From positions 36,208,001-36,272,000 of the forward strand of contig OX597825.1 in the NCBI GenBank assembly GCA_951406725.2: a stretch of DNA of 64,000 nt, read 5' to 3'. The stretch comes from Octopus vulgaris (taxonomy: Eukaryota). Shown piece after piece: positions 39,043-52,472 of this stretch. The stretch's first letter is position 1. Each line of letters opens with the position of its first letter. The notes under the pieces were generated by a model that was not told the origin of the DNA, ran no database searches, and saw only the letters and a program-made list of their open reading frames with translations. The position numbers and the translations under genes were made by a program.

Positions 39043-39450
39043 ACTCATTCTCATAAGGTATATTAATTTTTATATGTTTGGGGTGGCATGAGTTAAATAA
39101 TAGGTATTGTTTTGAATCTGTGGGTTTATAGATGTCTGTTTCGATGTAGTTATTAATTCTTTTAATTAGGATGTCAAGAAAAGGGAGTTGTTTGTTGCTG
39201 TGTTCCATGTTAAATTGTATGTTGCTATTTATATTGTTGAGCATTATTTTGAAATCGAGGAGTTTGTCCATGCTATCCTTCCAAAGTATAAAGCAATCAT
39301 CTTAATACCTCCTCCAGTTCTCCTTTAAATAGCAATGAAATGAGGTGCCATATTTTTGTAGTGATGATTGGTATATTTTAAGTTCTAGGTAAACCATTAC
39401 AGGGTTCGCGATCACTGGGTTAGCTCGGGTTCCCATTGCAATTCCACATA
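39043..39450 (-). pseudogene. Penelope-like reverse transcriptase fragment
   Basis: GIAMGTRANPVIAN...WRRY*DDCFILW...LNNINSNIQFNME..LPFLDILI..TDIYKPTDSKQYLLFNSCHPKH are diagnostic PLE RT motifs. Confidence 0.92.
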
Positions 39451-39562
39451 AAAAATATGTATACATAAAATATTCACAAAATATAGGATAGCGAAATTTT
39501 AGAAATTTCACTACCAGTGGCCTAGCATGTAAAAAAAAAATCAACAGACAACATATTTATCA

Positions 39563-39708
39563 TATAAAATTAGTGTATAAATAAACACAATAGAGGCGAA
39601 CCGTCACAGGCAGCCTTACATGGTGGTCGTTTTGACTGCTACTTCTAGCATGTAAAGCTGCCTGTTAAGGGTCGCATGTATTGTGTTTAATTGTACACTA
39701 ATTTTATA
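39563..39708. repeat. Small imperfect hairpin / MITE-like element
   Basis: TATAAAATTAGTGTA...ACAGGCAGCCTTACATG pairs with CATGTAAAGCTGCCTGT...TACACTAATTTTATA. Confidence 0.7.
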
Positions 39709-39797
39709 CATAAAAAATATATGTTATATGTATATATAATATATATATATACATAATATATACATGTAATGTGTATATATAATATATATATTATATA

Positions 39798-40308
39798 CTA
39801 GCAGTATCGCCCGGCGTTGCTCGGGTTTGTAAGGGAAATAACTATATAAGCATTTTTATAGAGTTACTTCCCTTATAGATGCCAATTCGAGCTTTCTTAG
39901 CCATTTCTGTTTTGGTGTCTTCAAGCCATGAAGTCGTTGTTCTAAAAGAACGCTGGTCTCCTTGACACCGCGTTACGACGTTGATTTCCTTACATTCCCT
40001 TCCCCACAGCTTCACGAGGGAGGGAAGAAGGGGAGAAGCAAACAGGTGCAGGTGTGACCATGGACGCCAACTCCGCCGCCATCGATACACGAAAAATTAT
40101 GCTTTAAAATGGAATAAAAAATGATGTTAAATTATTTTAAAATCGTAGACTCATCGTAGACGCGCGCTAATACTCAGACGGGCTCGATATGAATCACGAC
40201 TATAAGATACCCGAATTTGGTTAAACTGCACCGCAAAATGTGGGAGTAGTTAGGAATCTAAATCGAAGGGGACAGACACTCACACAACTACAGTTTTATA
40301 TATATAGA
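39798..40308 (-). mobile_element. Non-autonomous Helitron, same family as 2992-3627, inserted in (TA)n
   Basis: Reverse-complement match including both termini. It lacks part of the internal tandem duplication of the first copy. Confidence 0.88.
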
Positions 40309-40369
40309 TATATATAATATATATATGTAATGTATATATATAATATATATATATCATATATATATATAT

Positions 40370-40401
<32 letters not shown>

Positions 40402-40634
40402 GATATATATATATATATATATACACATACATACATACATACATACATACATTCGTACGTACATACATAATATATATATATATTGTATCATATTACTCTT
40501 TCATGTACATTGTTTTGTTCTATATTATTATGTTTGACCTTAACGTTCATATGTAGTGGTTTAATAAATTATGTGATTGGGTATTATCTGGTAGTTGATC
40601 ATTGATTATGATGTGTTTCTCCATTTTCTTATTT

Positions 40635-40704
<70 letters not shown>

Positions 40705-40999
40705 CATGACCGACCAGGCTATCAGATGTTGTTTCACATCGCTGGTCACAATGCGTTTCGCATTGTTTTAGCCTTCAAATGACGCCACCCCGCTGGCTAA
40801 GCGAGCAGGCTAACAGAAGAAAGAGTGAGAGAAAATTGTGGCGAAAGAGTACAGCAGGGATCGCCACCCCACCCCCTGCCAGAGTCTCGTGGAGCCTTAG
40901 GTATTTTCGCTCAATAAACACACACAACGCCCGGTCTGAGAATCGAAACCGCGATCCTACGACTGCGAGTCCGCTGCCCTAACCACTGGGCCATTGCGC

Positions 41000-41083
<84 letters not shown>

Positions 41084-41090
41084 ATAGATT

Positions 41091-41166
<76 letters not shown>

Positions 41167-41329
41167 TAGATATAAAGTACAGGAAACTTACATATACACC
41201 ATTCTGCTTAAATAATGGAACTGCAGATACAATATCCTTAAGTATCTCATCTCTGTTTTCATTCCTACACTTCACTCTGTATTTCATATCTTCTCTAAAA
41301 TAACTATTACTTAAACATTTTCTTACACC

Positions 41330-41377
41330 GTCTCTGATGAAGGGATATATAAAATATCCCGAAAACAGCTGTAAGAC
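41330..41377 (+). ncRNA. Minimal type I hammerhead ribozyme motif (Penelope-associated type)
   Basis: GTCT-CTGATGA-A-GGGATAT(ATAAA)ATATCCC-GAAA(A)-CAGCTG-TA-AGAC gives helix I GTCT/AGAC, a 7-bp helix II and a palindromic helix III loop. There is one extra A after GAAA. Confidence 0.7.
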
Positions 41378-41435
41378 CTCTTCATAAATGTTCTGAAACT
41401 ATTCACAGTCTTGGATTGTTTTATCTCATTCTGTT

Positions 41436-41467
<32 letters not shown>

Positions 41468-41547
41468 TGTATGTATGTATGTATGTATGTATGTATGTAT
41501 GTATGTATGTATATTTATATCAATCTATCTATCTATCTATCTATCTA

Positions 41548-41594
<47 letters not shown>

Positions 41595-41633
41595 ACGTAT
41601 ATATATATATGATATATATACGATATATATATA

Positions 41634-41703
<70 letters not shown>

Positions 41704-42047
41704 TAGCAGCTAAGCCCAGTTTCGATTGGAGCCTCCAGCTATATGAAAATTTCCTGAACTTATTCCCGGGCCAGAAAACAGCTTCAGGAGTTGTGATGAA
41801 CGAATTTTTACGTAGTCTGTTTCTGAGAGCTATTCTATTGGACCTCTGTCTAATCATTAAAACATTGATTTAATTATGAACATAGAAAGAAATTATACAT
41901 TAATCCCTATTTTTGTAAGCAGTTGTATCCGTAAAAAATTTTATTTGCAGAGAGCAGAAATTGAAAGAAGATATATGAAATGGACGTGTGTGTATGTGTG
42001 TATGTGTGTGTGCGCATGTGTGTGTGTGCGCGTGAGAGATATGAATG

Positions 42048-42086
<39 letters not shown>

Positions 42087-42202
42087 TTGACATGGGCGAT
42101 TCTTTCTTGTCTTGGGATTCACGGTCAACCGGCTGGGTAGAATTGCGCAAAAAATTACAACTCTGTGTTTGTATGTAAAAGCGGGGGTATGTGAATGCGT
42201 AT

Positions 42203-42246
<44 letters not shown>

Positions 42247-42634
42247 ATGTGTATGCGTGTGCGCACGCAATGGAAGTGGGATGGTTCATCTTTGTTCGTT
42301 TAGTATTTAGGTTTATTTTTTGATTTGGTTGAATGTTGATTTTTTTTGGGGTCAGTTATTTATAGCGTTTTGACAGAAAAAGTCATTCTAAAATCGTTTT
42401 TTAATGTAAGCGTGCCAAAACAAGTCGAATTCTTACTCAGAGCAGGCTTCACAGCCACATCATACAAACCAACCAGGTGAGACGGGGCTTAAAAGCTAGT
42501 ATATATATATATATATATATATATCACATCACGTGACCGACCAGTCCACCAGATGTAGTTACACATCGCTGGTCACAATGCGTTCGCATTGTTTTAGCCT
42601 TCGAATGACGCCACCCCGCTGGCTAAGCGAGCAG

Positions 42635-42673
<39 letters not shown>

Positions 42674-43033
42674 AGATAGGGGTTGAAAATTCAACCCACC
42701 ATGGGATAATATATATCCAATATACTGCTAGATAGGTACCCAACAAAATTAATACATAGATGTTAAAAATTGTCAAACAATCAGTTCATCTATTGTATTA
42801 TATGGGTAAAGGTAATAAAATTACCGTAAATTAATACTACAAAATTAGAGAATGGAGAAACATACTTAAATCAGTAAAACATCAACTATCCGATGATACT
42901 CAATCCATACTTTAATACACCATTACATATGAGTAAAGGCAATATATAAAATGAAATGAGATATACAGTAATAGTAAAAAGATAAAGAGATATAAGTAAA
43001 AAATTTCAAATATAATATGCAAATAAATCAAAA

Positions 43034-43141
43034 CTGACAGCTGTTTCGGCAGTGAGGGCAGTCATACCTCATTTAACCTATAAGCCATAAAGGCAGGTAT
43101 AAATGAGGCATTAACAAGGATGCCCCACGGCCTCTTCAGAG
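43034..43141 (-). ncRNA. Hammerhead ribozyme motif with extended helix II (left arm copy)
   Basis: Minus strand reads CT-CTGAAGA-[85-nt stem-loop GGCCGTGGGGCA...TGCCCTCACTGCC]-GAAA-CAGCTG-TC-AG. Confidence 0.7.
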
Positions 43142-43487
43142 AATTAAATTAAATTTGTTATAATAGTGAAAAATATTATATAATCATATACATATAAATA
43201 TAAAAATATAAAAATGTAAAATATAAAAACTTATACATCATAATGCTACACTTATATAATATAATACACATTTGTACAAAAAAGGAAGGTAAACAGAACA
43301 AAATAAAACAAAATATATAACAGTGTATATATTAATATTAATAAGTACCGATATTATACATATTTGGCTAATAGTTTTTTTTATAAAAAAAAAGCTAACA
43401 CATATGGAGATGAAAAATAATAATTAAAACCATGGTACAGTTCATAAAATTCTAAAGCTATAAAAGTTAATAAAAATTACTATTAAT

Positions 43488-43584
<97 letters not shown>

Positions 43585-43703
43585 TAATAAAAATAGATAC
43601 AGTTAAGTTAGCACCAAGTCCATCCTTTCAAGATCGAAATACATAGTTATTTCGATCTTGAAAGGATGGACTTGTGCTAACTTAACTGTATCTATTTTTA
43701 TTA

Positions 43704-43787
<84 letters not shown>

Positions 43788-44132
43788 ATTAATAGTAATT
43801 TTTATTAACTTTTATAGCTTTAGAATTTTATGAACTGTACCATGGTTTTAATTATTATTTTTCATCTCCATATGTGTTAGCTTTTTTTTTATAAAAAAAC
43901 TATTAGCCAAATATGTATAATATCGGTACTTATTAATATTAATATATACACTGTTATATATTTTGTTTTATTTTGTTCTGTTTACCTTCCTTTTTTGTAC
44001 AAATGTGTATTATATTATATAAGTGTAGCATTATGATGTATAAGTTTTTATATTTTACATTTTTATATTTTTATATTTATATGTATATGATTATATAATA
44101 TTTTTCACTATTATAACAAATTTAATTTAATT

Positions 44133-44240
44133 CTCTGAAGAGGCCGTGGGGCATCCTTGTTAATGCCTCATTTATACCTGCCTTTATGGCTTATAGGTTA
44201 AATGAGGTATGACTGCCCTCACTGCCGAAACAACTGTCAG
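44133..44240 (+). ncRNA. Hammerhead ribozyme motif with extended helix II (right arm copy)
   Basis: CTGAAGA at 44135-44141, GAAA at 44227-44230, then CAACTG-TC. It differs from the left copy by one base in the helix III loop. Confidence 0.65.
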
Positions 44241-44434
44241 TTTTGATTTATTTGCATATTATATTTGAAATTTTTTACTTATATCTCTTTATCTTTTTAC
44301 TATTACTGTATATCTCATTTCATTTTATATATTGCCTTTACTCATATGTAATGGTGTATTAAAGTATGGATTGAGTATCATCGGATAGTTGATGTTTTAC
44401 TGATTTAAGTATGTTTCTCCATTCTCTAATTTTG

Positions 44435-44500
<66 letters not shown>

Positions 44501-44873
44501 TCTAATCGGTCAAAACAACTTTATATCATTCCCAAATTATCAAAAGTCGAATATAAATATATATATATATTAAAATAATAGGGCACCCAATGATATAAAA
44601 TCAAACAGTGTAAAATATACACATATGCACGAGTAAAAAGGTGGCAGAACCTAAAAGGGTAATACGATTTTACCATATATTTATATTCGTTTTTTTTTTT
44701 TCATAATTTGTGAATGACATAAAGTTGTCTTGAGTTCTTATTTATTATACCTTTCAATTTATTTCTCCTTTCGCCTCGATGTCACCTGAGCACTTCCAGC
44801 TGCAGTCCCATTTTTATTTTTGCTCTTCGGTTTAACGAAATTGCTATTTGGTTTAACGAAGTTATAAAATTTT

Positions 44874-45860
<987 letters not shown>

Positions 45861-46384
45861 CATTATGGACTATGCGTCATCAATATATATATTTCATTCA
45901 ATACATTTATTTGTATTTACACTTATTCCATTATTAATTATCCTATTTCATATTTTCCATTATATTACAGTACGAGCAAAACGCTCCCGTCCAATGGACG
46001 GTGCTGAGTTGTCAAAAACATTTAAATCAAATTTTCTCAAAACAACTTGTCCGACCGTCCCTTGAGGCCTCCTCTTTGAGAAACACCGATTTAACCTAAA
46101 TTTGAGACACCAAAAAAAAAATAAAATAAAGATAGACCTTTTTTCTATTCCAAAGAAAAACGATTTTATTCACTTTATTGGTCGCATTCTCACCTGGAAT
46201 CGATTTTTGTAACTTTTTCAAGACTTATACACGCCCTAATACCGTCGGTATCTACATATCAAATTTGAGCGCAATTGGATGAAGGATGCCCGAGATCCTA
46301 GAAGACACACTCAGAGACAGACAGAACGGATTTTATATAATAGATTATCTTTTATATTCAACTTCAGCCTATTTACATTACATG

Positions 46385-47393
46385 CATGTACTCCTTGTCA
46401 GAATAGGTAGGGTGATCAACCAGATCAGAGCCACAATCACGCACAGCAGCCATTGAAACCAAGAACGTGTTGGAACATTGTCTTTCGTCAGTTTTTCTGG
46501 GCGTTCGGTCCTGATAGCTTTCGTGACTACCTCAACAAGTTGGCATAGTACTCTTCAATGATGGTGTTTCCTTTTTGAGGATCGTCCATAAACACAATGC
46601 CTTTTTCATCCCCTAAAACTGAAGACATCACGTTCCCTGCAGATGAAGCGACCTTGGCCTTCTTTGGAGAAAGTGAAGAGGAGGTGTTGCCACTGCATGG
46701 ATTGTTTCTTTGTCTTTAGCTCAGTGATGAGTCCAACACTCATCGTGGGTTAGGAAATGTTCAAGTGAACCAGCTGGATCTGTATCAGTTAATGTCAGAT
46801 TTTTCCCGTGATGTGATCAACTTGGTTCACGTTTTAACAGGTGTGAAGTGTGGCACTCACCGAGCAGAAACGTTCGTCATAATAAGTTCGTTGTACAGAA
46901 TATTCTCAACTCTCTCACACGATATACTAATATCATTGGCTATTTGGTTTATAAGTCACTCGCCTGTCATTTGTCACCATGTGAAAACGCTCAATGTTTT
47001 CATCAGTGCTGGCAGTTACAGGACGCTCAAACCTTGGGTCATCTTGGAGACTCTTCCCTCCGCTCCTAAATTCAGCTGCTCCCGTTAGCACTGTTGATAA
47101 AAATAGAGCTTCATCCCCTTACGTAGCAACCATGTCAGCATGAACGTTCTTGGGGGCTAAACCCTTTTCCCTCACATACTTGATAACACTACGAGGCCAA
47201 GTTTTGTTCATTTTCTAGAGAAGTCGTTACAAGTTAATTCTGAAGTCTTCTTTGAACAGTCAGAGGTCAGTTTACCTTGAAAGAAACAATGCAGTTATTA
47301 ACAAGAAAGGTTGAAATTAATGCATGTAAGATTTCACAGCTCTAGCATCACTCCTTCACAGTCAGCCTGTGAACATTATAGTCTACCCTCGTT
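46385..47393 (-). pseudogene. Degenerate mariner element (related to 16390-17290)
   Basis: Minus-strand KKAKVASSAGNVMSSV, FLTHDECW and V.H..T motifs. The terminus ...TAGTCTACCCTCGT(TA) resembles a mariner TIR. Confidence 0.8.
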
Positions 47394-48811
47394 ATATATA
47401 TGATCGTAAATCTCACACTGGTGTCTGTTTCCATAGTAACAAGCAAAACTGTAGTCTGCTGTGTTTTCAATTTAACCGGAACGTTATACTTAGTGCGACT
47501 GTGACACTTTTACCACCGCAACCACCACCACAAGTTTTGATGAGCGATATCATTTAGTGCCTGTAATTTGTGTCTGTCATTTTGTGACATACAGCTATCA
47601 CGCAGAAAATACTTGATTCCGATTCCTGTTTTCTGACTGGACTACAAATTATGTAACTTTGGACTTTTGTAACATTTTTCTAATTTTTTTTTTCTGGAAA
47701 TGAATGAATCCTAAATTCGGAGTCAATGTGAAAAATTACATCAATATACCAAATTCGAAAAATTTCTTCTTAATTTTAAAGTTTTCAAATCTGTGACCAA
47801 AAAAAATAAATAAAATAAAATAAAAAAAAAGAATTTGAAATTACAGATAGAAAATTCAGAAGGCCAAGGTGTGTTGGTGCCGCTTCATATATTTACCTGA
47901 AATAAAGTTCTTCAGGAACTTTTGCAGTGAATGTGAATAATAACATATAATGTACATTTGTTGCATGGAATGAATCAAATATGTTGTAAATGCGCAACTT
48001 TTGCGGAAACTAAATCTACTGTTCCTTGAAAACCTTTAGAAAATGTAAGCAGCTTGTAAGATCACATATCTATGTGTAAATCTGCGTATATTTTAGTAAT
48101 TTTGAACACATACATGAACAACAATAGTGAAATTAGGTTAAGCAATTATTGTCGAAAATAACTTTATGTAGAATAACGAAGGGTGTAATAAAAGATGCTG
48201 AGGTAGCAGATGAAATAAGCATGTGGACAACGTCAAAGTAAACAATGAGAAAACATCGGAGTGTAGTTTAAATGATTTATTTAAACGACACTTGCATTTA
48301 CTTGTTGTATACACCAAAGAGCTCGTCAAGAAGAAATTAACTGAATAAATGCTGTGTCGATATGATGAAGTAGAACCGGACATGTTTTGTGTCTATGTGT
48401 GCGTTGGTCATTCGGTGTTGTCTGTTTATGTTCTGCGACTGCTACTGTCGTTCATGTTGAATATCTGGATCTCTGTTGCCTGCTTAAATGGCGAAGTTAC
48501 TTGCTGGCCGTCTCGCCGCCGGCTATTTCTCTGTCTGTCTGTCTGTCTCGTCCCTTGACGAATTTCTGTATTTATAATGGTTGTGACAGCGAGAGAGACA
48601 GAGATACCACAGGAGAAATTCCTACCTATGTAGGTTGCCTCCTGTCCGCTTGAACCTTTGATGAAACGGCTGAGGTCGAAGGGAAAGCATCCATAATTTT
48701 TTTGACAGGACAAAGAAATGTCTTTCGCGCCTGTTTGGTCAGTGGTGGATCAAACGAGCGAGAATCCTTAGATTTGGTTTCGAATCTCAGCTCAGAAAAA
48801 GGAAGTGTTAG

Positions 48812-48852
<41 letters not shown>

Positions 48853-49274
48853 TGTGCGTGTCGGTGTTACCAAATGTAGTGGTAGAATGTGAAGGGTCAC
48901 CATATGTAATGTACGATTGTAAGGATCTCACGGAGGTACCAATCGTATCGTACAGATGAAAAGTTACTCTATGTAGAAATTGGAATTCTCGTTGCGCGTT
49001 GGATCGCTGTATGCAAATAGTCGAAAGTAGGATGAAACAACGTAATAACAACATCGAAGAGAAAAGAATAATATTCACAGATTTATTTGCCGGCAGTGGT
49101 TAGTTAGACAGATACAATAATTGACAATATTACAATGTATTGGTCGCTCGCTGGCAATTGGTAGAGTGTAAGCCAAGTACGTTCTGCTGACAGAGAGGAA
49201 GAAAGGGTAAGAATTACGTTGTCCTTTCGTTCGATGCTAATGCTCCCGGTTAACGGCTGACACGAAGAGAGATA

Positions 49275-49935
49275 GGATCTTTACCTTTAGACCGACAGAT
49301 TTAGAAAATAATTTTTTGTAACTAAACACTTTCAAACTTCGTATACTGGTAGAATGTGTCATATAAAACATCTTTTACTCTTAGCGTTTTTGAGAAAAGC
49401 TTATATTTGGGAGGTTATTTCACATTAAAGTTGTCCTGTTTCGGTAATTTCAACCAATCAATGACGTGTATTCAGCTGAATAAAATTATTGCCGTTGTTT
49501 GTCAACAACAACTATCGGCGGTGTATTTTTCGTTTGTCACTGTTATTTATGACATCGTTTGTGCGTTTGTACTGGTTTTAGCTTTAAGGTTTTAGGGAGT
49601 TAGGGTTAGGATTTTAGGATTAGGGTTAGGGTTAAGGTTTTAGAGTTAAGGTTGTCATAAATAACAGTGACAAACGAAATATACACCGCTGGAAGTTCTT
49701 GTTGACAAACAACAGCAGTAATTTTATTCAGCTAAATACACGTCATTGGTTGGTTGAAATTACCGAAACAGGACAACTTTAACGTGAAATAACTTCCTAA
49801 ATATAAGCTTTTCTAAAAAAAAACGCTAAAAGTAAAGGATGTTTTATATGACACATTCTACCAGTATACGAAGTTTGAAAGTGTTTAGTTACTAAAAAAT
49901 TTTTTATTTAATCTGTCGGTCAAAGGTAAAGATCC
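49275..49935. mobile_element. Foldback/MITE with ~280-bp TIRs and a central degenerate (TTAGGG)n spacer
   Basis: GGATCTTTACCTTT...TTTATGACA (49275-49554) is inverted at 49653-49935. Flanks GAGAGATA/GAGACATA give a 7/8 TSD. Confidence 0.88.
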
Positions 49936-52472
49936 GAGACATATGTGTTCTCTATTAGCCGGTCCAAAACTGAGGAGGGCGAGAGAAAGGTACTCGCAGT
50001 TATATAAGGTATGATCAGTGGTCAGGAAGTAAGTCAAACCTAAAACAATGGAGTGACTCTTCCATGACCAATAAAGGTCTTAGCAGGTCAGGTGTATCCC
50101 GTTAATCCCTCAGTATGGAGATAAAACACAAAGGATCAGACATTCATCTACAAGCAACTGGTGTGCGGATTCAATTTCGAATTTCAGCCAAGCACACATA
50201 TAACATTCTGTATATCTTACGTAACGCGGATATTCTATCAAAAGCTACACTGACCGATGGATATTACTGTTCCGTTATTGGTGGAATTAACAAAGTAGTA
50301 CTGCATCCAGTGAGAGATAAATATCATTTGATATACACGGTATTTAAATTCGAGCAACTATTTGTTTCCTGTTGTGAAAACACAAGAAGCTGGCAAGCCT
50401 GTGTAGAATGTCGTGTGTTTCCAAGTAGCTTGTCACACTCAAGTGTACAACATGACAAGACACGAAAAACAATGAGAGGAAGATAAAAGAAAAAGTGTGA
50501 AGGGAAAAGAAAAAAAAGTTGTCCCCCTTTGGCCTGTTTGAATCAAAATTAATGTCAGAGTTAGTGTGACATGATGCAAGTTTTGAGAAAAAATTCTGTA
50601 ACATTTAGGAATTATTGTCCTTCAGCAGCAGTGTCAAGTACATAACCGTAATTACAAAGCTGAGAATATTTTTTTAGCCGACGCAGTAAATATTGCTTTC
50701 AAATTTTGGCACAAGGCCAGCAATTTCGGGGAGGGTATAAGTCGATAACATCGACTCCAAGGCTCAACTGGTATTTATTTTATCAACCTTGAAAGTATGA
50801 AAGGTAATATCGACCTCGGTGGAATTTGAACTCGGACCGTCAGGACGACGAAATGCCGCGAAACATTTTGCCTGGCGTGCTAATGATTCTACTAGCTCGC
50901 CGATGTAAAAATTGATTTCAAATTTTCGCACAAGGCCAGCAATTTGGGTTAGGAGTTAAGTCAATTACATCGACCCCAGTGCTCTAGTAGTACTTAATTT
51001 ATCGATCCCAAAGATCTGAAAAGCAAAGTCGACTTCAGAAGAATTTGAACTCAGAACATAAAGACGGACGAAATGCCGCCAAAACATTTTGCCTGCCTTT
51101 TCGAGCCACACCTGGCTCATTAGGGCCGGTTTCCTTGGTGTATAGGTTCACCACCTGGATGGGACGCCGGTCCGTCGCAGGTGAGCTGCAAGATGCAGGA
51201 GGAAAGAGTGAGAGAAAGTTGTAGCGAAAGAGTCAGCAGAAGTTCGCCATTACCTTCTGCCAGAAGCCGCGTGGAACTTAGGTGTTTCGCTCATAAACAC
51301 ACACATCGCCCGGTCTGAGATTCGAACCCGCGATCCCCCGACCACGAGACTGCTGCTCTAACCACTAGGCCATGTGCCTCCACCACCGCCCTCGAGGTTG
51401 TAAATATTAAAATTCTCCAAATGTAGTTGAATTTTTTTTTTCCTTTCTATGATCTCTTTTGCAGGAGATCTGAGACTGCCTGGGAAAGAGAAGAAAAAAT
51501 TCCATGAATTACGAGTTGCTGCATTAGCAAGAAATGCTTCAAGAATATTGAATTATCTTTGAGACAGGAGACAGACCTGGTCTAAATGCTTGCAACAGAC
51601 TCTACTAAAGTTACGCAAGGACCAAGTGGTGGTTGTAATGGTGATGTTAAACAGGGGGACCAATTTGGCATATAACCAGCGAATAGTGTGATACACCCTT
51701 CCATAGCTGAGACAATTTTCAGAAGAGAAGGGCATTCCCCACAAAAATAGTGGGGAATAATTTAAACGACAATTGGGCGGAATTCCGGTTTAAGCACCCC
51801 CATATCCCTTCGTAACTATTTTATATTTTGTAACGGTTAGAAAATTTTTGTGAATTTGTGTTCTACACACAGAAATTCATACAATTATGCTGAGGAAAAA
51901 AATTGTGTGATTAAAGGGCGATTTAGCAGTTATTTTTACATCACACGACCACCTGATACTTTCCTCGTTTATCACTCTGACATGTTTTGATATTTTTCAA
52001 TATTTTTGTCTCCATAAACACATTTTATGGAATGATGATAGTCAGTTCCTGGTATGTAAGCAAAAAATTCGGACTGTCAATATTTTAAACTGATTTTTTA
52101 AAAATTCGAAAAAAGAGTGAAACTTTTAGCATTTATGAAAGGGGGTTAAAAATGAAGAAAATTCGTAAAAGTTTTCTGAAAATTCCAAAAAAATAGATAA
52201 GTTATGAGGGGTTATATGTGAATATTCCGCCCAATATGATGAATATAATTTTTGAAGTATTTGGTGTCCTGACTTAAACAACCGACGAGGATAGTTCATT
52301 CTGTGCTTCGACAATTCTGAGCATGAAAGCGGTTTCTGAGAATCGTAGGTTCTATGCTGCCTTTATATTGTATAAGCATTTAGTTGCGAGAAAGAGATAC
52401 TGAATTACAAAGACATAGCCAATATATATTCGACTAGTCTAAGGTGGCGAGCTGGCAGAATCGATACCACGC

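Larger units (their letters stand above)
42838..44436. repeat. ~800-bp-arm near-perfect palindrome (probable inverted Penelope pLTRs)
   Basis: 42838-43641 is the reverse complement of 43648-44436 with a 6-nt loop CATAGT. The arms differ mainly in (AAT)n length and a few bases. The whole insert (42668-44436) is flanked by (TA)n. Confidence 0.95.
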
